From positions 1 through 32,079 of the IMG/VR virus record IMGVR_UViG_3300037631_001784: a stretch of 32,079 nt of DNA; one strand, written 5' to 3'. Numbering within the stretch: position 1 is the first letter of the stretch; the number at the start of each line of letters is the position of its first letter. The notes below the pieces were generated by a model. The model saw only the letters and a list, made by a program, of their open reading frames with translations. It was not told where the DNA came from and did not search any database. This DNA is from a virus. Lineage: Duplodnaviria; Caudoviricetes. Below, piece by piece: positions 9,148 through 16,932 of the stretch. The position numbers were made by a program, and so were the translations under genes.

Positions 9148-9350
9148 TAAAATGTTCCCTTGAATGTTCCGCCACGCTTTTTGTTAACTACGCTGCCATA
9201 GTTAGGCACACCGATAAGTTGGTTCTCTTTACCAATTTTATAAATAGGGAGCTCATCGTCAGTTAAACTGGCGACCCCCTTGGTGTTTCCCTTGTTTAAT
9301 ATTCTTTTAATTTCAGAGTGAGATATACCCGGTAGTCTGTTATCAGACAT
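9147..9350 (-). CDS. Small basic protein (67 aa)
   Basis: TAATG-coupled on both sides; ends KKRGGTFKGTF. Confidence 0.7.
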   Translation of the reverse strand: MSDNRLPGISHSEIKRILNKGNTKGVASLTDDELPIYKIGKENQLIGVPNYGSVVNKKRGGTFKGTF

Positions 9351-12277
9351 TACATCATCTCCCTTGCCATAGCACCGATTCCAGAGTGTATCATCTTTTT
9401 AGGACGTAAGTCCACAGGACCACCTTTGGCGCGGCGGATTACTCGGTTCTCGAAGATGGCTCTAATAGCAGGATCTTGTAGATTAACTACAATATCGCTG
9501 CCATAGGCAGGCAGCGCCGCTAACCGCCCTCCCATTTCTAAGGTATAGTTAAACTCTGGAAAGTCTTGTTTAAGTTTATTCAAACCTTTTTTAAGATTCT
9601 TATCATAAGTGTTTTTAAAACCTGCTGCTTGTGGTCCTGTTCTAAACGCCTCTCTGCCGCCGACTGAAAGTAAGGAGCCAGTGCTTGGAAAGATAACTTG
9701 TTCTATATCACCACGACGAACAAGCTCTTGCAAAATTAAACGAGGCATGTATTCATCAAAGTCTTTTGTTGTGGCAAAGGGTTGCCCCGGCATTGTCTCC
9801 CCGTCCGAAAGACTGGTCACAGCATCGTCCATATCGTCGAACACTGTAGGACCAAGTTCGTCTATAAGCTCAGTTCTTGCTTTTTGATATCCTTCTTGTG
9901 ACCTTGTTTGAAGTTTTCTCAAGAATGTATCGGCCTCAGAGCCGGTGAAGACAAGACGCGGTGCTAAATCGTCTTGAAGATCTGTGCCATACTCTATTAA
10001 CTGGAAAAGATTTTCACCTTCCGGCGTTAGCTCTCCGGCATTACTTTTAAGTTTCAGGTTATTAAAAATTCTGTGCCTTGATCCTCTATCATTATCACCT
10101 GTTCCTATAAAATCATCAAAAGTAGCATACAGATCTTGTCCTTCGTCGGAGCCAATATCTGCAAACCTATTCTTCAAAATTTGGTTTTCCTGAAGAATGT
10201 CCGTAATCTTCTGCTTTTGCTCCGGCGTTGCGTGTCTGTTTAATGCCGACTTTAACGAATCTTCCCCCACATTAGGTCTAACCAAACCATAACCACCTGT
10301 TTCATTTAATGCATCCTTGCTAAACTGTCCCGCGCCCTCTTCTAAATCTTTACGAAAAACACTAAGAGCTATATCATAAACCTCGCTGGCAGGCTTCTCT
10401 GGGAGCAATCCTCGCAGGAGGGTTGTATCATCGAAGTTGTCTATATCTCCATCTATAAGTTCCTGCTGATGTTTTGCCGCCCTTTCCCGATAGCTCTCAA
10501 ATGATTCATAAATACTTCTTGCTTTCCTTGAATTCATGTAATCTTCGTTGTTTAAAAGGCGCTCTGCTCTAGCTATTTCCAAAGGCGTGGCAGAAGGGTT
10601 TATGTTTCTGACTGCGTCTGAAACAGCGTTACCCTGAATCTCTTCTATAATTGCTGTTCTCTTAGAATTTTTGGGGTCTAAAATAACAGAGAACCGTGAG
10701 TGCGCTATATAACCGGGAACACCGCTATACCTAGAGCCAAAGTAATTGTGTGATGACTTTAGTTCATAATCTTGAACAATGTTTGTGTTCGGGTTGTTAA
10801 TAATTATAGCGCCCCTATCAAGCAATAGATCATCGTCGTTCTCAAAAAATGACTGCTGACCACTAAATGGAAGTTTTTGATCGTCGCTAAATGGCAATAA
10901 CTTGGTTTCATCAAAGTCTATATTCATAGCTTCTGCATCTGCTTTAGCAGCCGCCTGTGCCTGTATATCCCCCTCAGTTACAGTCATAACCTTTAACTGC
11001 GGAGTACGCTTTATAAAGTCGGCTCTTATCTCATCTACGCTACCATATGTGTTAGGAGCAAAATCAGATTTAAGATAGTCTATAAATCCAGAACCTTTTA
11101 AATCACGCACAGCTTCTGCAGGCTGCGACTCAAGAATGCCGATAAGTTCTTCCTTACTATATCCATTAGGGCCTCTATCTTCTAAACGATCAATTGTTTG
11201 AAAGGTTGGTGAGTAATCAGCAATAGCTCCCTGCCGATTTATCTGCAGAGTGCTGGTGTTACCATAATCAAATGTGGTTGCTATGCCTTTCCGACCAGAA
11301 CCGGGAATAACTTCTTCAATGATTTTATCTGCATCAAAGTACCCCGAACCTAATGTTGATACCCCACCTTCAGGAAACTCATCCATACTCTGTGTAATAG
11401 GGAAAGTCTTTTGAGAAAGGGCTGCTTGCCGTATAGGAGATAAAGCAGCTTGGGCCACAGGCTCAACATCAACAACATCCTCCGCAGCAGGTAACGCAGC
11501 TATACCCTCATCGGCAATTATGCCTTCAGCTTCGTCTAACTCTTGACGCGCCAATTCCCCCATCAGGTCTTCCAACTGATTTGTAAGGTCTACTCGGTCA
11601 GCTAAAGGTAACTCATTAGGTAAATCTAAAGGAGCCCCCATAGTAATGCCGGGTGCTTCTACAGGCCCAGGTGCAAGGTCCGGGGTCCCAGGCGCGGCTT
11701 CCATAAGAGCCTGAGATTCTCTGGTACTTGGACCAAGGCCCTTGAACTTTGTTAAAGCTTTGTACGCAAGTAACGGATCAGCTACAATTTCCCCAGTCAA
11801 CATACCCTGACGGAAAGGATTCATGCCAAGAGTAGAAGATTCAAACTCCGCAGGATCAGCACTTAACTCATCGCCAAAACCCATATACCCAGCGATAGCT
11901 TCCGCGCCAGCATACTCCTGAAACTTACTTACCGCCTTATCAACCAAAGTGCGATCTTCAATTTCTAATTCATCTATAGATTTACCAGAAGCAAGTTGCG
12001 CTGCCGCTTGTGGAGCATCTCTCATTAAAAGAGCTAACAGATCTGCAGGTAGACCCAGTAACCCGGCGGGTAGACCCACTGCCACTCCCTTTAAAGCATC
12101 TAGGCCCTCGGACCGACGCTCGGCTAATCCTGCTGCAGTGAGTTCGCTACCAAGAAGTGGGCGACCTTTTAACTGCTGCTCAACATTTTGAATAGCGCGG
12201 CGGCGATCTCTTTGGTCGCGGGTCTCGCGCTGCATTAAATTTGCGGGTCTGGATTTTGGTACAGGGACAGCGACCAT
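9350..12277 (-). CDS. Large acidic protein, putative internal/ejected virion protein with a polyvalent-protein-like domain (975 aa)
   Basis: Coupled to TerL; hydrophobic Gly-rich helix near the N-terminus; motif IAHSRF...AIIEEIQG; C-terminal RAKGGPV. Confidence 0.6.
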   Translation of the reverse strand: MVAVPVPKSRPANLMQRETRDQRDRRRAIQNVEQQLKGRPLLGSELTAAGLAERRSEGLDALKGVAVGLPAGLLGLPADLLALLMRDAPQAAAQLASGKSIDELEIEDRTLVDKAVSKFQEYAGAEAIAGYMGFGDELSADPAEFESSTLGMNPFRQGMLTGEIVADPLLAYKALTKFKGLGPSTRESQALMEAAPGTPDLAPGPVEAPGITMGAPLDLPNELPLADRVDLTNQLEDLMGELARQELDEAEGIIADEGIAALPAAEDVVDVEPVAQAALSPIRQAALSQKTFPITQSMDEFPEGGVSTLGSGYFDADKIIEEVIPGSGRKGIATTFDYGNTSTLQINRQGAIADYSPTFQTIDRLEDRGPNGYSKEELIGILESQPAEAVRDLKGSGFIDYLKSDFAPNTYGSVDEIRADFIKRTPQLKVMTVTEGDIQAQAAAKADAEAMNIDFDETKLLPFSDDQKLPFSGQQSFFENDDDLLLDRGAIIINNPNTNIVQDYELKSSHNYFGSRYSGVPGYIAHSRFSVILDPKNSKRTAIIEEIQGNAVSDAVRNINPSATPLEIARAERLLNNEDYMNSRKARSIYESFESYRERAAKHQQELIDGDIDNFDDTTLLRGLLPEKPASEVYDIALSVFRKDLEEGAGQFSKDALNETGGYGLVRPNVGEDSLKSALNRHATPEQKQKITDILQENQILKNRFADIGSDEGQDLYATFDDFIGTGDNDRGSRHRIFNNLKLKSNAGELTPEGENLFQLIEYGTDLQDDLAPRLVFTGSEADTFLRKLQTRSQEGYQKARTELIDELGPTVFDDMDDAVTSLSDGETMPGQPFATTKDFDEYMPRLILQELVRRGDIEQVIFPSTGSLLSVGGREAFRTGPQAAGFKNTYDKNLKKGLNKLKQDFPEFNYTLEMGGRLAALPAYGSDIVVNLQDPAIRAIFENRVIRRAKGGPVDLRPKKMIHSGIGAMAREMM

Positions 12278-13767
12278 TAGTAATACTCTCTCTTGCGTGG
12301 GATGTAATCGTCCTCAAACTCTTCGCCGTCTAATCTGACAAAGCCGCCCTGACGAAAACGCATCAGTGCCATCGTCATACTATCACAAAAGTCATCATGG
12401 TCGCCATTAGGAAATGACGCGACCTCTTCCATAACTTCGTCGGCAAACTTTTCCCCTTCAGGATACCACACTTTGCCCGATTCAAAAATAGGAGACACTA
12501 AATGCATACGCGCTGTTTTATCTAAACCGCCCCCACCCTTCCGGCGACCGGGGGCAAAGGTAGCAACAGGGAGGTTCAGTAACCTCATTTCATCAGCCAA
12601 TGGCTGACCAGATGCCTTCGCCTCAATCAACATAAGCTCTGGGTCCCAGTAATCAAACTCCTCACGAGCAATCTCTTTTAACTCAGGGAAGTTCCAACGA
12701 CCCTTCTTAGCGTCCAACAATATCAAATGCTCTTCACTGTTTCTAAATGGACGGAATACACCCCACGTTGTGATGGCAGAATAGTCAGCAGTCTCTTTCT
12801 TGGAGTACGCCGTATCATATGACTGTATTACATAGTCAAGATCGGGTACTTCCTCTTCTTCCCACGGTCGCCACCACTCCCGCTTGACCATCGCGGTTTC
12901 TTCTGATGTAGGATTTTGTTGCCACTGCGCGTTCCATTTGCCCACGGACAGCGATGCTTTGACCTTTAGTAGCTCGTCCTTCATCCAGAACTCAGGCCAC
13001 AATGGTTCCCCCGAAGGCAAAATAGCAGGAAATTCTACAACTTCCCACTGATCAGCCATAATATCTTTTGCTTGGGCAGCAAGTAACCTGCCGGTAATGT
13101 CCTTCTTAGACCACCGGGTCTGCACAATAATGATGGTTCCCCCCGGTTGGAGTCTCTGCCGAGGACCCGAAGTGTACCACTCATAGGCATTATCATAGGC
13201 GGTCGAGGACAAAGCATCCTGTTCCGAGTGCGGGTCATCAATAATTAATAAGTCAGCGCCACGACCGGTCATCGCCGCTCCCACCCCTGCCGCGAAGTAT
13301 TCCCCACCAGCGCTAGTCTCCCAACGACCTGCCGCTTGGCTATCCGGTTTCAGGTCAGTGTCGGGAAATACCTCTGCATATTTGGGGTCAGCAATGAGGT
13401 CACGAACCTTACGACCAAACCTTACAGCAAGTTCAGTGTTCATGGTAGCCTGAATAATCTTTAGCTTTGGATTTCGGCCCAAGAACCAGGAGGGCATCAA
13501 GTAGGATGCAAATTCAGATTTAGAATGTCGAGGAGGCATATTGACAATTAGTCTTTTCAACTCGCCTCTGGCAATCTTCTCTAACTTTTCCGCGATGACT
13601 CTGTGATGGGTCCCCTCAATGAAATTATCATACACATGATGGGCGTAAGGCATAAACTGCTCTTGTGCTTTGTCACGCATCTCTAGCCGCTTGGCCTGTT
13701 CTTCAAGGAGGTAGATTTCCTTGAGCACATCTTCAGGCAGCATCTCTAAATTTGTAGCTGTTTCCAT
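12277..13767 (-). CDS. terL: Terminase large subunit (about 496 aa)
   Basis: Walker A MPPRHSKS, Walker B LLIIDD, coupling motif QTRW, RNase H-like nuclease SYDTA...DYSA...HDDFCDS. Start moved from 13968 to 13767 because the upstream extension runs through a palindrome and promoter region. Confidence 0.95.
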   Translation of the reverse strand: METATNLEMLPEDVLKEIYLLEEQAKRLEMRDKAQEQFMPYAHHVYDNFIEGTHHRVIAEKLEKIARGELKRLIVNMPPRHSKSEFASYLMPSWFLGRNPKLKIIQATMNTELAVRFGRKVRDLIADPKYAEVFPDTDLKPDSQAAGRWETSAGGEYFAAGVGAAMTGRGADLLIIDDPHSEQDALSSTAYDNAYEWYTSGPRQRLQPGGTIIIVQTRWSKKDITGRLLAAQAKDIMADQWEVVEFPAILPSGEPLWPEFWMKDELLKVKASLSVGKWNAQWQQNPTSEETAMVKREWWRPWEEEEVPDLDYVIQSYDTAYSKKETADYSAITTWGVFRPFRNSEEHLILLDAKKGRWNFPELKEIAREEFDYWDPELMLIEAKASGQPLADEMRLLNLPVATFAPGRRKGGGGLDKTARMHLVSPIFESGKVWYPEGEKFADEVMEEVASFPNGDHDDFCDSMTMALMRFRQGGFVRLDGEEFEDDYIPRKREYY

Positions 13768-13809
13768 ACCCGAACGATAATACACAGCAATGAAATTATC
13801 AACCCAACA

Positions 13810-13834
13810 TACATATATGCTACGCATATATGTA
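13810..13834. repeat. Perfect 11-bp inverted repeat
   Basis: TACATATATGC-TAC-GCATATATGTA. Confidence 0.85.
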
Positions 13835-13903
13835 CACCGCCGCGCAAGGGGGGCGGGGGTCTTATTTTTCTTTGTGGGAAATGCCAACTGGGCCCAGTAA
13901 CCC

Positions 13904-13932
13904 TTGCTCCTCTCTGTGATATCTGATAATAT
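13904..13932 (+). promoter_or_regulatory. Putative sigma70-type promoter of cassette 1, overlapped by a TATCTGATA box
   Basis: TTGCTC-17 nt-TAATAT; box at 13920-13928; GGAG RBS and ATG 13967 follow. Confidence 0.5.
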
Positions 13933-13966
13933 AGGGATATAACTGCTTATATATGGAGAAAAAAGC

Positions 13967-14143
13967 ATGAAGTATTTACAGAAAATCGCATCAGCATACG
14001 GCTACACAATTCAAAGGGGTTCTTCCGATGGATACAGCGGCTATCATGTTTATAACCGTCATCACATATCAGTGGGTGTGTTCTTTGACTCGCTCGATAG
14101 TGTGGCAGATTACTTTGCTAATAAGATTAAGGGAGAAAAATAA
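13967..14143 (+). CDS. Small hypothetical early protein (58 aa), not in the ORF track
   Basis: GGAG RBS; MKYLQKIASAYGYTIQRGSSDG...; TAATG coupling to the next gene. Confidence 0.75.
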   Translation: MKYLQKIASAYGYTIQRGSSDGYSGYHVYNRHHISVGVFFDSLDSVADYFANKIKGEK

Positions 14144-14511
14144 TGCCTTTAAATTGGAATGCAGAATCGGTTAAAGACTGGGATGACCTGCCCGAATATA
14201 AATTCGACGTTATCAACTGGACCATGGCAGTTGGCATGAGTGGCGTTAAGAAAGACAATGTTGACAAGTGGTGTGACAGAGCACAGTTCCTGCGGAACAG
14301 CGGCGGCGCTTGGCTTCGCGCTGTCAGGGAAAACGGGGAAGAATTCTACCCGTTTGAAGACAGAGAGTTCATGACCAAGATGGTTGGGCTTCACACAAAC
14401 GCCAATAATATTCCTCAGAATAAATGGTTGAAGCGACTGTTCGAGGGCAAGGTATCAGACTGGGCTTGGCAGAGGTTGGAAGAAAAAAGGGAGGCAGAGG
14501 ATAATGGATAA
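14143..14511 (+). CDS. Hypothetical early protein (122 aa)
   Basis: GGAG RBS, coupled start, Trp-rich globular sequence. Confidence 0.8.
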   Translation: MPLNWNAESVKDWDDLPEYKFDVINWTMAVGMSGVKKDNVDKWCDRAQFLRNSGGAWLRAVRENGEEFYPFEDREFMTKMVGLHTNANNIPQNKWLKRLFEGKVSDWAWQRLEEKREAEDNG

Positions 14512-14599
14512 GCGCAAGGTCGAAGATGCGGCAGGTTACTTCCTGCTAGCTTGGATGGCATGCATGGTAATTCTAATCTGCATCCGCATGACATGGTAA
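14504..14599 (+). CDS. Small membrane peptide (31 aa), not in the ORF track
   Basis: GAGG RBS; MDKRKVEDAAGYFLLAWMACMVILICIRMTW, one TM helix; overlaps the previous stop. Confidence 0.55.
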   Translation: MDKRKVEDAAGYFLLAWMACMVILICIRMTW

Positions 14600-14610
14600 G
14601 GAGAAATGAA

Positions 14611-14832
14611 ATGAATGAATACCAAAAATTTTTATTAGACGCTGGGATTGCCGACACTCGCATCCCTTCCCTATACACGGCAATAAGTGACCTTCACTCA
14701 GCCGTATCATACATGGACCTAGAGAACCGCGACCGACTGGAAAAAGCCGCGCCGTGGATTATGGAAGCGGTCCGGCATTTTGGATCCAAAGATGACTACC
14801 TCCAAAAGTTTAAGAGGTCCCTCGAAAAATAA
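14611..14832 (+). CDS. Hypothetical early protein (73 aa)
   Basis: Start moved to MNEYQKF, which follows AAGGAG; a terminator follows. Confidence 0.75.
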   Translation: MNEYQKFLLDAGIADTRIPSLYTAISDLHSAVSYMDLENRDRLEKAAPWIMEAVRHFGSKDDYLQKFKRSLEK

Positions 14833-14845
14833 AGTTTTCTCCCAG

Positions 14846-14877
14846 ATAAGGCCCGCTTGCGCGGGCCTTATTTGTTT
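14846..14877 (+). terminator. Rho-independent terminator closing cassette 1
   Basis: 11-bp stem ATAAGGCCCGC-TTGC-GCGGGCCTTAT followed by TTGTTT. Confidence 0.85.
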
Positions 14878-14888
14878 GGTTCTTAAAT

Positions 14889-14914
14889 ATATAACCTGCG
14901 GTCGCAGGTTATAT
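14889..14914. repeat. Perfect 12-bp inverted repeat with 2-nt spacer
   Basis: ATATAACCTGCG-GT-CGCAGGTTATAT. Confidence 0.85.
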
Positions 14915-14951
14915 TCAAGGCGCGCAAGCGCCGCGCAAGTTTTCTTTTACG

Positions 14952-14977
14952 ACATAGGCGCGCAAGTCGCAGGCGCA
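14952..14977 (+). repeat. 26-bp direct repeat, copy 1
   Basis: ACATAGGCGCGCAAGTCGCAGGCGCA, identical to 15971-15996. Confidence 0.9.
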
Positions 14978-14988
14978 AGAAATAAAGC

Positions 14989-15016
14989 TTGTGTTTATCT
15001 GATTAGCCTATAAAAT
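14989..15016 (+). promoter_or_regulatory. Putative sigma70-type promoter of cassette 2
   Basis: TTGTGT-16 nt-TAAAAT with TATCTGATT in the spacer; GGAG RBS and ATG 15047 follow. Confidence 0.5.
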
Positions 15017-15046
15017 AAGATAAGACTTTTATGGAGATTAAAAACA

Positions 15047-15787
15047 ATGAAAAATAAAATCATATATAAAGGCCCGTCACTCATAGACGGAGAGCCAATT
15101 GTAGTTATTGCAATTGCCAAAAGTCGGAATAGCAAGACCGGTGACATGGTCCAAACTTATATCTTGGCTGACAATGGCAAGAGTCCGGTCGAGAATAGCA
15201 AGACCGGCGGGGACTATTCTATCTGCGGGAATTGTGTTCATCGCGGACAAGCGACAACAGACCCCAAGCGCAAGATTGCAAAAAAGCGGACATGCTACGT
15301 TAACTTAGCGCAAGGCGTTTTAATTGTCTGGAAACATTACATGTCGGGCGGATACGAAACAGCGGCAGGACATACAGACATTGCCGAGCTTGGCGCAGGT
15401 CGCATGGTCCGCATCGGCACCTATGGAGATGGCGCGGCGGTCCCGTCTTATATCTGGGATAGTCTTTTATCTGAATCATCCGGGCATACCGCATACACAC
15501 ACCAGACTAACGTTCCCGGCGTTCATGCGGACCCGTCGCGATTTATGATATCGGCGGACGATGAAAAGCAGGCTCTAGATGCATGGGCCATAGGCTCTCG
15601 GACATTCCGCGTTATTGGCAATGTGCAAGACGTTATAAAAGGTGCCGAGATTCTCTGTCCTGCATCAGAAGAAGCAGGCAGGCGGACAACATGCAAGACA
15701 TGCAAGCTTTGCGCTGGCGCATCCATCGCGGCAAAATCAATAGCCATCGTGGCGCATGGTCCAAATTCTAAATCACTTAAAAACTAG
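15047..15787 (+). CDS. Cys-rich putative Fe-S / radical-SAM-like phage protein (246 aa)
   Basis: NSKTG, ICGNC...CYV, RIGTYGD, AYTHQ, ILCPA...CKTCKLC, C-terminal AHG; recalls phage gp88-like proteins. ORF solid; family from memory. Confidence 0.6.
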   Translation: MKNKIIYKGPSLIDGEPIVVIAIAKSRNSKTGDMVQTYILADNGKSPVENSKTGGDYSICGNCVHRGQATTDPKRKIAKKRTCYVNLAQGVLIVWKHYMSGGYETAAGHTDIAELGAGRMVRIGTYGDGAAVPSYIWDSLLSESSGHTAYTHQTNVPGVHADPSRFMISADDEKQALDAWAIGSRTFRVIGNVQDVIKGAEILCPASEEAGRRTTCKTCKLCAGASIAAKSIAIVAHGPNSKSLKN

Positions 15788-15798
15788 AGGGCGAATTG

Positions 15799-15930
15799 AT
15801 GGAACATTTAACAGACTATCAAAAATTAGATTGGATCAGCTTTGCAATTCAAGAAGCCTTGAACGGCAACAATGACGAATTAATGCAGGCCCTAGAGCTT
15901 GTCGAAATTTTGCGCGACGCTGAAAAATAG
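15799..15930 (+). CDS. Small helical protein (43 aa), not in the ORF track
   Basis: GAGG RBS; MEHLTDYQKLDWISFAIQEALNGNNDELMQALELVEILRDAEK. Confidence 0.65.
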   Translation: MEHLTDYQKLDWISFAIQEALNGNNDELMQALELVEILRDAEK

Positions 15931-15965
15931 GAAAGAAAGAGCAGCCAATTTTTTATGTTCTTCCC

Positions 15966-16403
15966 CTATAACATAGGCGCGCAAGTCGCAGGCGCAGGCA
16001 AAGCCCAGCCCTTTATAGCCATAAGGCGCAGGGCGCAGGGCGCATCGGACACAGGTCCTTCCCATATGGACAAGGGCCGCAGGTCGCAGGCCCTCGAACC
16101 TTGGATCTCCAATGCAGAACTGCCCTCAAATAAAAAAGCAAGTCCCTCAGAGGGCGCGAACGCAAGAAAAAAAGACACGCCACCACACCTAGAATGGGAG
16201 AGATGCCATGCTATCTGTGATGGTTGCAGGGCAACCCCATTTCTTTTTATTATTTTTAATTCACACCAAATAGGGATGCCATCCATACAGATATATGAAT
16301 CAGGCATGCCCTCTGATACTCGGTTTTCAATCCGCTGTGCGTGTGTCTTTTTCGGCAGGTGCTTCTTCAATAAGCTCCACAGTTTCGCTTCGGTTGTTGG
16401 CAC
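15966..16403 (-). CDS. PD-(D/E)XK nuclease, Holliday junction resolvase / VRR-NUC-like (145 aa)
   Basis: E near the N-terminus, RIEN...GMPD...WCELK...PSQIAWH; GTG start with GGAG RBS. Confidence 0.8.
   Translation of the reverse strand: MPTTEAKLWSLLKKHLPKKTHAQRIENRVSEGMPDSYICMDGIPIWCELKIIKRNGVALQPSQIAWHLSHSRCGGVSFFLAFAPSEGLAFLFEGSSALEIQGSRACDLRPLSIWEGPVSDAPCALRLMAIKGWALPAPATCAPML
15971..15996 (+). repeat. 26-bp direct repeat, copy 2
   Basis: Identical to 14952-14977; lies in the last codons of the minus-strand nuclease gene. Confidence 0.9.
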
Positions 16404-16905
16404 TTTTCATCTCCCCTTCGATGAATGCATGAGGATAAGATTTTCTAAGCTCAGAAAGTCTGGCGACAATATCATCACGGCTCATGCTATCGAGTTGATG
16501 AACATGGGTTGCCTCTCTCCTGTCTATTGTGAGGCCACCGAGTGCAGACCTAATCTTCTCAGCATTAATAGCGGCAGAAAATTGTCCCTCTGCTTCTGCA
16601 CCTCTGGACAATTCATCAAGACGTTTAAGCTGATTGAGCAGGGTCACCCCATATTTTCTTTCCGCCGCCTGCCTCAGTTCTTTTATAAGCTCCGGCACAT
16701 CAGGGAAGTCTCGCCCATTCAGAAGTTTAGAGGCCATAGTAATAGAAGATTTTTCAGAGTAGCCTGCCATCCTCGCACACTCTGCATTGCTGTACCTGCC
16801 CTCGACATAATACTTAGCAAAAGTTCTTTGCCTTTCAGTAAGACCTGCTGGCCTACCAGCTTTTCCTATAGTGTTTTCTACAGGTTTTTCTTTTTCTTTT
16901 TTCAA
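16327..16905 (-). CDS. terS: Terminase small subunit (192 aa)
   Basis: LTERQRTFAKYYV...AECARMAGYSEKS...ASKLL...P.V...IKEL matches the HTH-type TerS pattern. Confidence 0.85.
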   Translation of the reverse strand: MKKEKEKPVENTIGKAGRPAGLTERQRTFAKYYVEGRYSNAECARMAGYSEKSSITMASKLLNGRDFPDVPELIKELRQAAERKYGVTLLNQLKRLDELSRGAEAEGQFSAAINAEKIRSALGGLTIDRREATHVHQLDSMSRDDIVARLSELRKSYPHAFIEGEMKSANNRSETVELIEEAPAEKDTRTAD

Positions 16906-16932
16906 ATTTCAAACTCCCAGCAGACTTGTGAA

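Noticed and set aside
562-12191. Short plus-strand ORFs within the structural operon (e.g. 562-828, 7664-7993, 8855-9163)
   Set aside because: Antisense shadows of strong minus-strand genes, without RBS or motifs.
13768-13968. 67-aa N-terminal extension of TerL in the ORF track
   Set aside because: Crosses palindromes, a G-tract and the divergent promoter; TerL-like sequence starts at 13767.
13838-16095. CRISPR mini-array or integron interpretation of the repeats
   Set aside because: Only two full copies 1 kb apart, no regular spacers, no cas or integron integrase, no attC-type ends.
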